Shown piece by piece: positions 39,954 through 53,290 of a stretch of 64,000 bases of DNA. Below the pieces are notes generated by a model. That model was not told the DNA's origin, made no database searches, and worked only from the letters and a program-made list of their open reading frames with translations. A program made the position numbers and the translations under genes. Source of the stretch: the human T2T-CHM13v2.0 reference genome, Homo sapiens; assembly GCF_009914755.1 (NCBI RefSeq), contig NC_060944.1; one strand, 5' to 3'. Position 1 is the stretch's first letter. Every line of letters begins with the position of its first letter.

Positions 39954-41309
39954 AGGCTAACTCAGAGAAGGACCCAAGCCCTCAAAGGGCTCCTGTGACG
40001 TCTACCCCATGCTAGGTGTTGGCTTTATTCACAGGTATGCTTTCCCTTCCCAATAGCAAAATGGCTGCCAATAGGCCGAGGCAGACACCCTAGCAGCTCA
40101 GCAATCCCTGTGGAAACTGAGTTTCTCTGCTCTGTAATTTCAGCAGCCATCTCAGCTTGCACTCCATTGGTCCACTTGGAGAATCACATGCTAATCCCTG
40201 AACCAATCACTTCCTGCAACCAGGAAGTATAGTCATCTGAGTGCACAGAGCTGGATCATGTGAGCAGCCCTGGGACCTGAGGATGGGAAGCTGGGAAAGC
40301 ACCATCCGAGAGGGCCCAGACAGAGACAACTGGAGGTGTGGCCCCTCACATAGAAATTGAGGGAAATTTCCTCAATTCTTCCCAGATGGAAATCTTCTGC
40401 TGGCACCAGAAGCAGCAGCATTAGATGCCAGACAGACAAGAGCCACACTGTCTCTTTTCTTCACTCTCCCAATCAAAGGCACATCATGCCAGATCCTCTT
40501 TCCCCTGACTCATTTCTCCTGACTTTATCCTATGATTTGCGAAGCAGCACAATGTAGTGGACGTTGTATAACTCCGGGGATACTTTAAGAGAGGGAGGAG
40601 GGGAAGAGAGAGAAATGACTTCATTCTTTTCCCAAAGTTTTGCGGCAGCTCAGAGGTCTCTGGTTTATGGACACACATTAAAGAATCTTTTCATGAGGAC
40701 TGTTTTATGTGAGAAAGCCATTTGAGCAAGGAGGCACTTGGCTGCTCCTTCTAAATGAAAGTTTTCAATTAGTCTGAAGAAGTTAATTACATCGTTCTTT
40801 AATAACTGCACTTGTGATTCTACAAATCCTCTATTAATTGATTCAACCATATGCCCCCAAACTAAGAACCAGCAAACAGGTAGAAAAAGACCAGGGAAGA
40901 AGAAAGGGGGGTGAGAGAGTCAAAGATAAAGAAGGGCTGTATTATCTGCTGGGTAGACAAGTTATAAAGGCAAGCGTGGGAGAATTCTTGAAAATTGTGG
41001 GTGGTGAGAGATTTGGGAAATTCATCCTATAGATCAAATAACCTTTGCAAGCTGCTTGCAACATACACAATACTAGCAGGATGCACTGTGCAGCAGAATC
41101 TCAAAAAGAAAGCAATTCTATAGAGCTTGATCTAGACAATTAAAAGGAGCTACTGAATCCAAGGTAGTTTTGGAAGAGGCTACAAATAGCGACTTTTCTG
41201 TTTTGTAGAGAAGATCATTAAAGGGGAAGTCAGAAGCCAGGAAATTCCAGTCCCAGCTTTGAAAAAAAGCCGCTGCTCCATTCACCTGAAGCTCACAGTT
41301 GTAGGGATA

Positions 41310-41545
41310 TTTAATATAAGCATCAAACTGGCCTGGGTTCAGATCCTGGCTCTGCTACTGCCTAGCCAGGTGACTCTCGGCATGGCATTTCACCTCTTTG
41401 AGTCTCAATTTCCTTATCTAGTAAATGATAGAAATAAGCTTATCTATATCACAGGGGTCTTGCAATAGTTAAATGATTAAATAATGCATACAAACTGTTG
41501 AGCATTGTTCTGGAACATGGTAAGGATTCAGTAAATACTCAGGAT
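41310..41545 (+). mobile_element. MIR
   Basis: cctgggttcagatcctggctctgctact...cctctttgagtctcaatttccttatc. Confidence 0.8.
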
Positions 41546-41546
41546 T

Positions 41547-41957
41547 GTGTTCGTCGGTTGTTATCCTAATAATATTGTGTAACAAAGCACTCCAAAGCTC
41601 AAGGACATCCAACAACAAGCACCAGTCTCTTACACACACATCTGCAGGTTCGCTGGAATTGAGCTGGGCCTGGTTTCAAGATGCAGGTTGGGTCCAAGTC
41701 CACTCCATGTGTCTCTGATCCTCCTTGGACTTGTGGCTACTGAGGCTTGTTCTACTCATAGAGAACAGCAATAGCTGAGTAGGGAAACTCCAACCACAGG
41801 AGCAAATTTCAAGACTCTGCTTACATCTGCTAACTGGCCATTGGCCAAAGCAAGCCACATAGCCAAAACGAAAATCAAGAAACAGGGAAATATACTCCAG
41901 CCATGGAGCTAGGAGGGAGGGGTTTATATTTGCCAAATAATTAACTAATCTAGCACA
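41547..41957 (-). mobile_element. MLT1H/I-type LTR
   Basis: catctgctaactggccattggccaaagcaagccacatagccaa. Confidence 0.75.
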
Positions 41958-42034
41958 ACCATTTTAGTTCTATTTGATGGGCACACAAATTATTGCCCAG
42001 CAAGCCAGGATATGATGAGTATCAAATGAGAGGT

Positions 42035-42776
42035 TGTTATAGACTGACTTGAGTACCTCCCAGAATTTATATGTTCAAGCTCTAGCCCTCAATATGACTG
42101 TGTTTAGAGATGGGGGTCTTTAAAAGGTAACTGAAGTTAAATGAGATCATGGTGGGATCCTAAATGGTTTGGCCATTTCCTCACCCAAATCTCATCTTGA
42201 ATTTACTATAATTCCCACTTGTTGTGGGAGGGACCCGGTGGGAGATAATTAAATCATGGGGGCAGTTTTCTCCATACTGTTCTCATGGTAATGAGTAAGT
42301 CTCATGAGAGCTGATGATTTTATAAGGGGTTTCCCCTTTTGCTTGGCTCTCATTTCTCTCTTGCCTGCCACCATGTAAGATGTGCCTTTCGCCTTCCACC
42401 ATGATTGTGATGCCTCCCCAGCCACGTGGAACTATGAATCCATTAAACCTCTTTTTCCTTATAAATTACCCAGTCTTGGGTATGTCTTTATGGACAGTGT
42501 AAAAACGGACTAATGCGGGTCTCTAATTCAATAGGACTATGTTCTTTTAAGAAGAGGAAGAGACACCAGGGATGCAGGTGCACAGAGAAAGGACTGTGGG
42601 AAGACACGGCAGAAAGGCAGTCACCTGCAAGCCAAGGAGAGGCCTCAGCAGAAACAAGACCTGCCAGCACCTTGATCTTGGATGTCTTGCCTTGTTCTTG
42701 GACTCTGAGAAATAAATTTCTGTTGTTTAAGCTACCCAGTCTGTGGTATTTATGGCAGTCTAATCAAACTAATACA
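42035..42776 (+). mobile_element. MLT1A-type LTR split by THE1
   Basis: gcaagccaaggagaggcctcagcagaaac...ctgagaaataaatttctgttgtttaagc...ctaataca. Confidence 0.85.
42164..42517 (+). mobile_element. THE1 (B/C) LTR nested in MLT1A
   Basis: atggtttgg...cccaaatctcatcttgaatt...aattacccagtcttgggtatgtcttt...ggactaat. Confidence 0.9.
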
Positions 42777-42964
42777 ATAGTAGAGAAAATCAATGCTAAA
42801 AGAGCAAGAAATTGCTTAGAGAGAGAAGAAAACAAACTTCACACAGAAGATGCTCTCTGCTTAGAGGATATGTGGTAATTCAACAGTGAAGATGGAAGTG
42901 AGGGGTAGATGACATCCTAGGTGCAAGAGATGGCCTTCACCATTAGTTCTGAAGAGGGACAGAA

Positions 42965-43150
42965 AGACAATAGCTAACATTTTGTTGTTTGCACTTGGTT
43001 GCAGACACTGCATTAGGCTCTTTACATACTTGATCTTATTTAACCGTCAAAACAACCCTAAAAAGTTGACGTCATCAGTATCCTACATTTTAAGGAGAAA
43101 GAAACAGGTTTGAGAGATGAAGATTAACCCCTAAGGATGTCACACGACAC
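42965..43150 (-). mobile_element. MIR
   Basis: aatagctaacatttt...aaacaaccct...cattttaaggagaaagaaacagg. Confidence 0.65.
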
Positions 43151-43379
43151 AATGGGAATATGTCAGCAACTTCTGCTCAGCAGCTGCTGTTTGATGAAAT
43201 CTAGAAAACAAAGTTCATGGCCTGAGAATAAGCACAACAAAGTACTCCTAGGAAATATTAGACAGATAGTAAAAGAAAATAAGATGTCTCCCCCAAGGCA
43301 GGGAGAATTGTGGAGAAGAAAAGAAAAAAAAGGGAGAGAGAGGCAGGCTGTATCTTCCCTTTGCCCATTTGATGCAATA

Positions 43380-43605
43380 ACAATGGCAGCTAATAATTAC
43401 CAGTAGCGTAGCATGTGTAAAGCACTGTTCAAAACACTGTATATAATGTTTGTCATTTCTAATCTATTGGCTTAACATGCACAGTAACTCTGAGGTAGGT
43501 ATTAAAGTGTCCCCATCCTGCAGATGAGAAAACAGCCACACCGCACTCACGGTAAGCGACACTACAAGCAGTCTGGATGCAGAGTACATGCTCCCAACTC
43601 CTGTG
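43380..43605 (-). mobile_element. MIR
   Basis: ctgaggtaggtatt...ccccatcctgcagatgagaaaac. Confidence 0.7.
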
Positions 43606-44689
43606 TGTTCTTCTACCTCTCATACTGCCGTAATGTATTTCAGGAAGAAATTTTTCTTGCTAAAGAATTGCTGTGATCCTACCTCTTCTCTATTTATAAA
43701 ATAGTGGCGGTCCCCATTGCCCTTAGGATGAAGTCCCCAGTCGTTACCTTGGCATTAAAGGTCATATTCCATCTCTCTCCGTTTGACCTTTCTGACTTGC
43801 ATTTCACTCAAACTTGTCTGCCCTCTGTATTTGGGTGAGCATAATCCAACTTCACCCTCTATGTCTAAACTGGGTTGGCCCCTCTTTCTCTTTCTCCAGT
43901 CCCACACATCCACAGTGGTGAGCTCCATTCAATAGCCACATCCTGTGTTCATCCTTCCCTGATGGCCCAAGTGGAAGAAATTATCTGCAGCACGCAGCTT
44001 CCAACTCATCTGGGGGCCTCTACTCTCCTTGCTCCTCATCCTATTCAATTAGTCATCAATTACTTGAGAGTGGCTTAGAGAGAGCTCTGTGCTAACAAGA
44101 AGATAGCAAGAAAAGCCTGTGCCTGTTCTCATAGACTTCACCATCCAGCAAGGATCTAAGAGACTTGTGCAAATGCTCATAGCAACACCAAAATGAGGTC
44201 TGTGGGAACCTCTAAGCCCCCAGCCCACTCTCCCAGTAGCACACAGATGGGCCTCACAGGGTCAGTGGACCCCAGAATTGCACCCCACTTCATCTGTTCA
44301 TGAACTGGGTGAGGTGCCCATATATAGCTCTCATCGAATCATATTCTCATTAGATTCTTATCCAGAAGAATTTAACCAACTTCTTGCTCCTTTTTTCCTC
44401 CCTTTTCCTTAAGAGACAATGCCTACGACCCTTCAGGGGATCAGGGGAGCATCCGGGGTGATAGGAGATGATGAGAATTTATCACAGGGAACTTCAGAAG
44501 GAAATCTGTAAAACGAGCCTTTTACATAAACCTTATAAATCTTGGGGCACATATGGTTCAGTGTCAGTGCAAGATCAAGTTCAGGAAGCATCATTTAGCT
44601 TCAAAATGTGATTAATACCAGTTTCATTATTTATTTGCATCTCTCCAATAATACTGAAAGAGATCCAAATGCAGTTTATATTTTATTTA

Positions 44690-45121
<432 letters not shown>

Positions 45122-46544
45122 TCATGCGGGAGGACAGGAGTGAGGAGTGGACGAAAGAATCTGCAAGAAGTCTTTCTGGGAGCTATAAATTAAAACACTT
45201 ACTCTGTCCTAGAAAAGAGAAACGCATAGTAGAGTCTCTTTTTAATTTGGTCTCTACTGTGTTTCTGTAATTCCATCTCTACGCTTAAACTGAGCCACAG
45301 AGGGACTTGAAATTTGTTTGAATTGCATTTTTAACCCCTGGAGCCTGTCGGGGACTGTGGCAAGCAGCAGGAATGCAGTTTGACTGCCCTTAAATAACCT
45401 AGCAGGGAGTGAAGGAAGCTGCAGGTTTCAGTGTGATTTAGTAGGTGGTAAAAGCCTCAGTTAGCCAAACCCAAGGAGTTTGTGGGCCCAGCTCTGCGTG
45501 GCCACTATGGTCCAATGGTGCATGCACCAAACTGTATCTAAGACATCGGATTTCATAGCCGTGAAGGTCCACTTCCTCCAAGAAGCCTTCCTAGACTAAC
45601 CCAGCCCTTACAACCAAATATCCCCTGATGTTCTCAGCACTGATACGACGAAGCTGAGTCTGATTCACATTTTTACATCCTCTGTCCCCAGTGACACTGC
45701 CAGCTCCTGGAGGCAGAATCCACTTCACACCACACATTCTGCCTCCCTCACTGACACACTCAGCCCTCATCCTATCAGAGAAAGTACTCATCAGTCCATC
45801 TCAGTTGTCAGCAACTTCCCACCCCCCATGCCACTCCCCACTTCCCTGCATAAAGAGCCAAACTCTGCCACGTCAGGTGAGCACTCAGGCTCAGAGAGAC
45901 TCCTGGAAGAGTGCTTACCTGAAGGCTCACGGTGGTTTTGTGTGGGTGAAGTGGGGGCTGTGGTTTCAGATCACACTTTCTGATGAATGTATTAAAACCC
46001 AACCATCATGTGCTAAGCGGGTCCCTAAATCTAAGCACATTGAATGTGGGCTGAAGTTCCCACACAGTCAATGAGACCCAGGGAGCATCGGCACCTGCCC
46101 ATGGGAGTCCACAGACACTCCAGGTGCCACTGTTTCGAGTTCCTGCTGCCCCAGGTACTACCTGGCAGCAGGAACCTCCTCTGGGGAAATAACTCTGTGG
46201 ATGACTCTGGGCTTTGGAGAAGACTCGTCTTACCAGGAATTTGGAACTCTCCCTGCCAGCTGGCTCACACTTCAGGAAAACAGAGCCAGGAGCATTCTGG
46301 TGGCACTGGGCCCCTCCCTCTGCCTCCCTGTTTCTCAGGATGGGGAAGCTTTGGCGGGGGTCACCCACCTTTTTTTGCAAAGTGGCCACATTTCCCTCCT
46401 CTCCTGAAAAGGTCAAACTGTTGAGCCTAACTATATTTAAGAACAGCGTAGAGGAAAAGAGACTCAATCAGCAATTGGGTCATATTACCATCCATGATGT
46501 TTCAGGAGATGTTTTCTCGCGTTCTATTGTATTATATTATTTGA

Positions 46545-46805
<261 letters not shown>

Positions 46806-47154
46806 TTATTTGACATTTTATAATAGGCATGGGTTTTTAATAATCAGAATAAAACAGCAGTTAGCATTTTGAAAATTAAGAAAAAAGCAAAGGACACTTT
46901 CTTTTTTATTTTCCCACTAATGTGGATGAGGGGGAGGGGTCTTTAAAAAATGTCTTCCAACAGAGTAAAATTTCACTTACACTTTTTCCTCACTAGAAGT
47001 GTGAAAGCTAATAAATGTTTTAAGTTCTAGGCATTGCTTCTTTCACATCTGCTTTCTTTTTTCAAATGCTGCATTTCTTTGATGTCTCAGGTAGGCCAGG
47101 GTCATGTTTTGAAACCTCAACACCCCCATACTAAATAACTGACCTTAGTAAACA

Positions 47155-47830
47155 GACCTCACACGTTATTCCCACCAGAATGATTACGATGGAAAAGACA
47201 GAAAATGCCAAGTGCCACTGAGAACTTGGAGCACCTGGAACTTTCAAATGCTGATGTTGCGGGTATCAATTCATACTGCTTTGGAAAGCTGTCTTTGGTA
47301 GCATGTGCTACCTTAGGACCCAGGAACTATGCAACTTTCCCCAAAGACATGGAGTAGGATATTCTTTGCAGTACTACAATAACCAAAAACTAGAAACTTC
47401 TCGACTGTGCCTCAGTGATAAAATACATCATTGTATATCCACACAATGGAATAGTATACCACAATGAAAAGAAATTACAACTATACTCAACAATACAGAT
47501 GAATCTCACAAACAATATTGAGAGAAAGAAGCCGACTCAAAGAGCCCGTGCTGTTTGTATTCATTAACATAATGTACAAAGACAGGCTAAACTAATCACC
47601 TTCAGAGACAAAAGTGAGGAACGTGGTGACCTTTGGTGGGACTAGGGGAGGAGTGACTGCAAAGAGATATGAAAGGAGCTTTGGGTTGATGGAACAGGGG
47701 CAATGGTGTCAAGTTCTGTTTCTTGACATTAATGCTTGTTACTTGGGTGTTTCAGCATGTAAAAATCTGAGCTGTGCGCTTTTGCTTTAGGCACTGTGAT
47801 ATGCATATTATAGTCAAAAAGTTTTTTAAA
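47155..47830 (+). mobile_element. Old L1 (L1ME-type) 3' region
   Basis: atccacacaatggaatagta...gatgaatctcacaaacaatattgagagaaagaagcc. Confidence 0.8.
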
Positions 47831-47851
47831 GTAGGTATCTGTTCCTATGAA

Positions 47852-47961
47852 GGATTAGGTTTTAATAAATATAACTCACTTAGTGACCTTTTCACCAAAA
47901 AATAGCGGATTAGGTTTTAATAAATATAACTCACTTAGTGACTTTTTCACCAAAAAATAGC
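47852..47961. repeat. 55-bp tandem duplication (54/55 identical)
   Basis: ggattaggttttaataaatataactcacttagtgac(c/t)ttttcaccaaaaaatagc, two copies. Confidence 0.97.
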
Positions 47962-48076
47962 AAAGGAGAAAAAAGTGAACCTGCAGGTTGAAAACAGAAA
48001 GTTTACAGATGAAAAGAGAAAAATCTGATTGTATGCCCCTCCCACAATCTTACCCAAAACCAAATGCATATTTTAG

Positions 48077-48520
<444 letters not shown>

Positions 48521-48924
48521 TAAAAGGTGTGTTTTCTGGCATCTTTTTTAAAAAGGCCAAGAGGGGCATGCTGTCATTTGACCTAATTTTGATCTGTTTC
48601 ATTTAAGAAATATATTTATGCACAGGGGATTGGATTGCCTATAGAATGAGGTCATTTCTTGCGTGTCATATGCTGAAGCAAGTGAAAGGAGAGGCAGGTG
48701 ACATCTATAAATTTTAGTCACACACTTCCTTCCATTTCACCCAGGATGGTTCTCTAGTCACTAAGCAGGTGAACACTGACACCCAGTGCGAGCAATGGGA
48801 ACAAAGCTTTCTTGGTACCTGCTTCTAATAAAAATTCTGTGCTTGGATTTACTGGAAATAACTTAGAAGGTACATTTTTGAAAAAATTGATGGGGAAATT
48901 GATTTAAAAATTGGTACAGGATAT

Positions 48925-50170
48925 AAGAACACAAACAAAAATAAAAGTTTCAAATGCCAAGTAAATATATATATAAATATGTTCAGCATCACCAGTGAAA
49001 AGGAAATGAAACCAGAAATTAAATACCATGTCACCTATCAAATTGGAAACATTACTGAAGTTTAATACCATCTCACCCACCTGATTAGAAACATGGCTAA
49101 TGTGTAATCATCTCAGGAGCCAGTTTAAGCAGAGGGAGATCTGGTGGTACTCCTAGAACTCACATGGCACAGGTGGGTGGGTAAATTGTTTCTGTATTTT
49201 GGATGACAATTTGATATTATCTTTTAAAATACTGAACACACATAATCCAACAATTCTCATTTCAGAATTAACCCTAGACAATTGTTTTAATGTGCACACA
49301 AGAAGACAAGTTCAATTTAGGTGATACTGTATTGCTGGAAAGCAAAAAACAACATTCAGTGAGTAATGGGTTCATGCCCAAAGGACATGAGCCAATTCGA
49401 AGGGGTCTGCAATGACCAAAGTTGAGCCAAGTGAAACATCAAAGATAATAATAGCCATAACTGATTGAAACACAGCAAGTATATACAAATAAATTAGTCC
49501 ATATTGATACACAAGAAGAAGGCCAGCCAAACGAAACTTAAACTCCTCTGCCACTATTGGAGACAACTATGGTTTTACTCTTTACTCCAAAAATTGATAA
49601 TTAATGAGAAAGGACTAAGCATTTATCCTACATTTCTAGCAGGAGCTGCACTTTAGGGTAAGCCTATAAGCTCAGCAGTTGAAAGAAAGCTCCCCTTTAC
49701 AGGAGAATGTCAGCTAATCAATGTAGAGTATAGGACAGAATGTGAAAATCAAAATCTTGCAAACTCCAAAAGAAATAGTTGATTGAGATAAGAATCAGCA
49801 ATTAGGGGAAGTGATGGAAAACTAGACACGTGCATGGTGTCGACAGATCCTGCCACAGATTATTTTCTATGTGCTAGAAGGAATATGTAACTTTGTAATG
49901 CAGAAATGTGACTGTCCTAGTCTTAAGCCAGTAATCAATATTGGCATCACCATTGGTGGGATAACCAGACATTATGTGTTTTCTGTTGTAATTGCAATGT
50001 GGAGTATACCTACCAAATATTCTTGCCAAAATTTTACCCTAAATTTATTCAAGCATCTAGATACAACATTCAGAAAACAACAGAACAATAAGGTAATACA
50101 GGAACAAATGAAGCACCATCAAGAGGAACCAATTCCAAAATCCAAAAGCTAGGATATTCTACAGGACATG
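48925..50170 (+). mobile_element. Fragmented old L1 (L1MC/ME) ORF2 end and 3'UTR
   Basis: ataccatgtcacctatcaaattgg; aagcatttatcct; gagaatgtcagctaatcaatgtaga; tattcttgccaaaa. Confidence 0.6.
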
Positions 50171-50779
50171 GGTATTTTATTGCTGTTTTCTACTTTTACA
50201 TCTACTTAATTTTAAAATTTGTTTACGTTTTATTTTACATTCTTAGATTTTGGCATCTCATTAGATGAACATAATTACTATGCCTCTAGCAGATAAGGCC
50301 CTACAGGATAGTGGTCTAAAATTTGTATCTCATGAACTGGTAACATTTCCAAACCTCACCCCCAAATAATGGCAAGGATAGTTGCAAATAGCACAAATTC
50401 CTATCTTATTAAGTAAAAAAAAAATTATCACTTATTGGTGTTATCTTTTCATACAAGATAGGATCTTTTATTACCAAAATGTACAGATGAATGAATATAA
50501 TCCCAAAATGGAGAAGAGTCCTTTACACAGAATAAGATTTATGAAGATGCCCTAGATCATCTGAATACATTTGAGGAAACAACTAAACTCAGGCAGCTGG
50601 GGCTTGGTTAACTTGCCTTGCTTATGGCATGAAGTATTAGAATGGGATGCATTGCTGGGTGGAATTCAGACTTCAGGTCTTCTCATCTTATGGGTACAAA
50701 AAGAGCACCATTGCCAAGTATGTTAACAGAGATGATTATATTTGACAACCAAAATTCCAAGCCCCCATTGAACTTGAAT

Positions 50780-50923
50780 GACATGTGCATGCTGTCGACA
50801 GATCCTTCCACAGATTACTTTCTATGTGCTAGAAGGAATATGTAACTTTGTAATGCAGAAATGTGACTGCCCTAGTCTTAAGCCAGTAATCAATATTGGC
50901 ATCTCCAATAGTGGGACAACCAG
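50780..50923 (+). repeat. 144-bp dispersed direct copy of 49825-49968
   Basis: 135/144 identical, ungapped, offset 955 bp. Confidence 0.95.
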
Positions 50924-50931
50924 CTTCCTAA

Positions 50932-51024
50932 GGTTATAGGATTTTGAGGTACAACTTCCTAAGACTGGGTAATTGATAAACAATTACCCAGTCTTAGGAG
51001 TCTATACCCCAGAATCCTATAGCC
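50932..51024. repeat. 93-nt inverted repeat (hairpin)
   Basis: Perfect 19-bp arms 50957-50975 / 50981-50999, 5-nt loop, imperfect 25-nt outer arms. Confidence 0.95.
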
Positions 51025-51104
51025 CAGAGGCTAAGAAATGGCTGAAGTTTATTCACAGAGTTCTAAGTCTTCCTGATGCAGAGATGGGACCAATCAATTA
51101 GGAA

Positions 51105-51350
51105 GAGAGTGTCATGTGGTGGGTAAGACCATGGGCCTTGGGTCAGTCAGATCTGAATGTGAATTCAGCTCTACCAGTTTGGCACTTAAATAGTCTCTAA
51201 ATGTCAATGTCATAACCTGTACAATAGGTAACATAACTGTCTATGTCAGAGATATGGGGATCAAATGGGATAATGCAGATACACTACTCAGCACAGAACC
51301 ACTAAACTTGTTCATGGGTTAAACAATAAATAATAGCTAATGTTACTATA
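51105..51350 (+). mobile_element. MIR
   Basis: tggtgggtaagaccatgggccttgggtcagtcagatctgaatgtgaattcagctct. Confidence 0.7.
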
Positions 51351-51998
51351 CTTTTATCCTGATACCAAATTTTCAAAGCCAGTGGTACTTTTTCAGCTGG
51401 AAGATGAAGGCCTAATCAAGATGGAGCCAAGGGCAGGGCCAAGCTGATGTTAGCATCCCAAGCACTTGGAGGTTTCTTCTCACCCAAGACACCAGATACG
51501 GATGCCCAGGTAAGAAAGCACTTACTTTGGGGTAACTGTGGGCTGGAGTTACAGAGGGGAGAAAAGCACAGAGTCTGCCAAAGCCAGGGAAGAAAGACCG
51601 GGGTGGGGCATGTGGCTTGATGCACTGCACAGAATACCGTACAGGGCACAGACCGATCCCACTTTGAGGCTTGTGCCTTCTCAACACAGAGATCCCCTTC
51701 CTTTGTGAGTCCCACCTGGCCACCAATGCATGGAATCTTTCTGAGACTATCAATCAAGTTTCCTTGCCTTTCTCTCACCAAGAGGTGGGTGAGTGACACC
51801 GACTACAGCCAAGGAGTCTCTGTTTCTCTCAGCTCTTGAGTCAAATGACCCAACGGCAGAAAACAGAGCCCATAGATCCTGATAAGGCAGAATCCTGAAG
51901 CATTGGTCCCTGCTAACTGTACACCCATAGCTGCCTGGGACCCATTCTGTCCAAAACAAAGGTCCTATAGAGTTTCCTTTTATTCTAGGAACACCACA

Positions 51999-52423
51999 CA
52001 TTATGATTTGGATCTGTGTCCCCACCAAATCTGTTGAATTGTAATCCTTAACGTGGGAGGTGGGGCCTGGTGGGAGATGATTGAATCATAGGGGTGGTTT
52101 CTCCTGAATGGTTTAACATTATCCCCCTTGGTACTGTCATCATGATGGTGAGTGTGTTCGCATGGGGTCTGGTTGTTTAAAAGTGTGTAGCACCTCCCAC
52201 TTCTCTCCTTCTTGCTCCTGTTCCCACCATGTGAAATGCCTCACTCCCCATTTGCCTTCCACCATGATTGTAAGTTTCCTGGGGCCTGCCCAGAAGCCAA
52301 GAAGATGACAACATCATGCTTCCTTTACAGCGTGCAAAACTGTGAGCCAATTAAACCTCTTTTCTTTATAAATTACCCAGTCTTAGGTATTTCTTTATAG
52401 TAGTGCAAGAATGGATTAATCCA
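51999..52423 (+). mobile_element. MSTA solo LTR
   Basis: tttggatctgtgtccccacc...ccagaagccaagaagatg...gagccaattaaacctcttttctttataaattacccagtc. Confidence 0.9.
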
Positions 52424-52953
52424 CTCCATAACCCTCAGATACCTTCCTACCACGCATAAATTACCCCAGATTGGTCCCCATTGCTTGCAACCCAAGAATT
52501 CCAAATGAAACAGTTCTCCTCTCCCCACTGACTCTGCTGCAGGTCCAGGCACCATCAACAGCCTCTTTCCTGCTTCTATTCATGATGCTGGTTATCCGTA
52601 GATGACACAGTAAATGGTTTTGAGTGAATGTCTACTAGGCACCAAGCTCTGCGCTCAGCTGTCAGGAGCAGCAGGAAACATGATAGCTGCCCCCCAAAGT
52701 CACTGGCACAGGCAATGACCAAACAAAGGGACGCATGCTCAGATGATAGGGTGCTGGGGACATACAGGACAGAATCCCTCCCTTTAAACATGACACCTGG
52801 GTGTCATGAGGATCCCATTCTCCAGACTTTCCCCAGTGACTGGGAACATACATCAGGATGCAGCATGTGATTTCAGAAGTGCTATTGGAACAAGTTTTCC
52901 CAGCAAGGTGTTTTGCTCCTTTTTCTCAGGTTTTTCCATCAAGAGTCTCTTAA

Positions 52954-53250
52954 GGCCCCAGCGCGGTGGCTCACGCCTGTAAACCCAGCACTTTGGGAGG
53001 CCGAGGCAGGTGGATCACCTGAGGTCAGGAGTTCAAGACCAGCCTGGCCAACATGGTGAAACCCTGTCTCTACTAAAAATACAAATATTAGCCGGGTGCA
53101 GTGGCACGTGCCTGTAATCCCACCTATTCAGGAGGCTGAGGCAGGAGAATTGCTTGAGCCCAGGAGGCAGAGGTTGCAGTCAGCCAAGATGGCACCATTG
53201 CACTTTAGCCTGAGTGATAGAGCAAGACTCTGTCTACAAAAAAAAAAAAA
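52954..53250 (+). mobile_element. AluSx
   Basis: Full length; TSD aag(a/t)gtctcttaa 52941-52953 / 53251-53263. Confidence 0.95.
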
Positions 53251-53290
53251 AAGTGTCTCTTAAACTACATTTTCATAGGCCTTTTCACTG

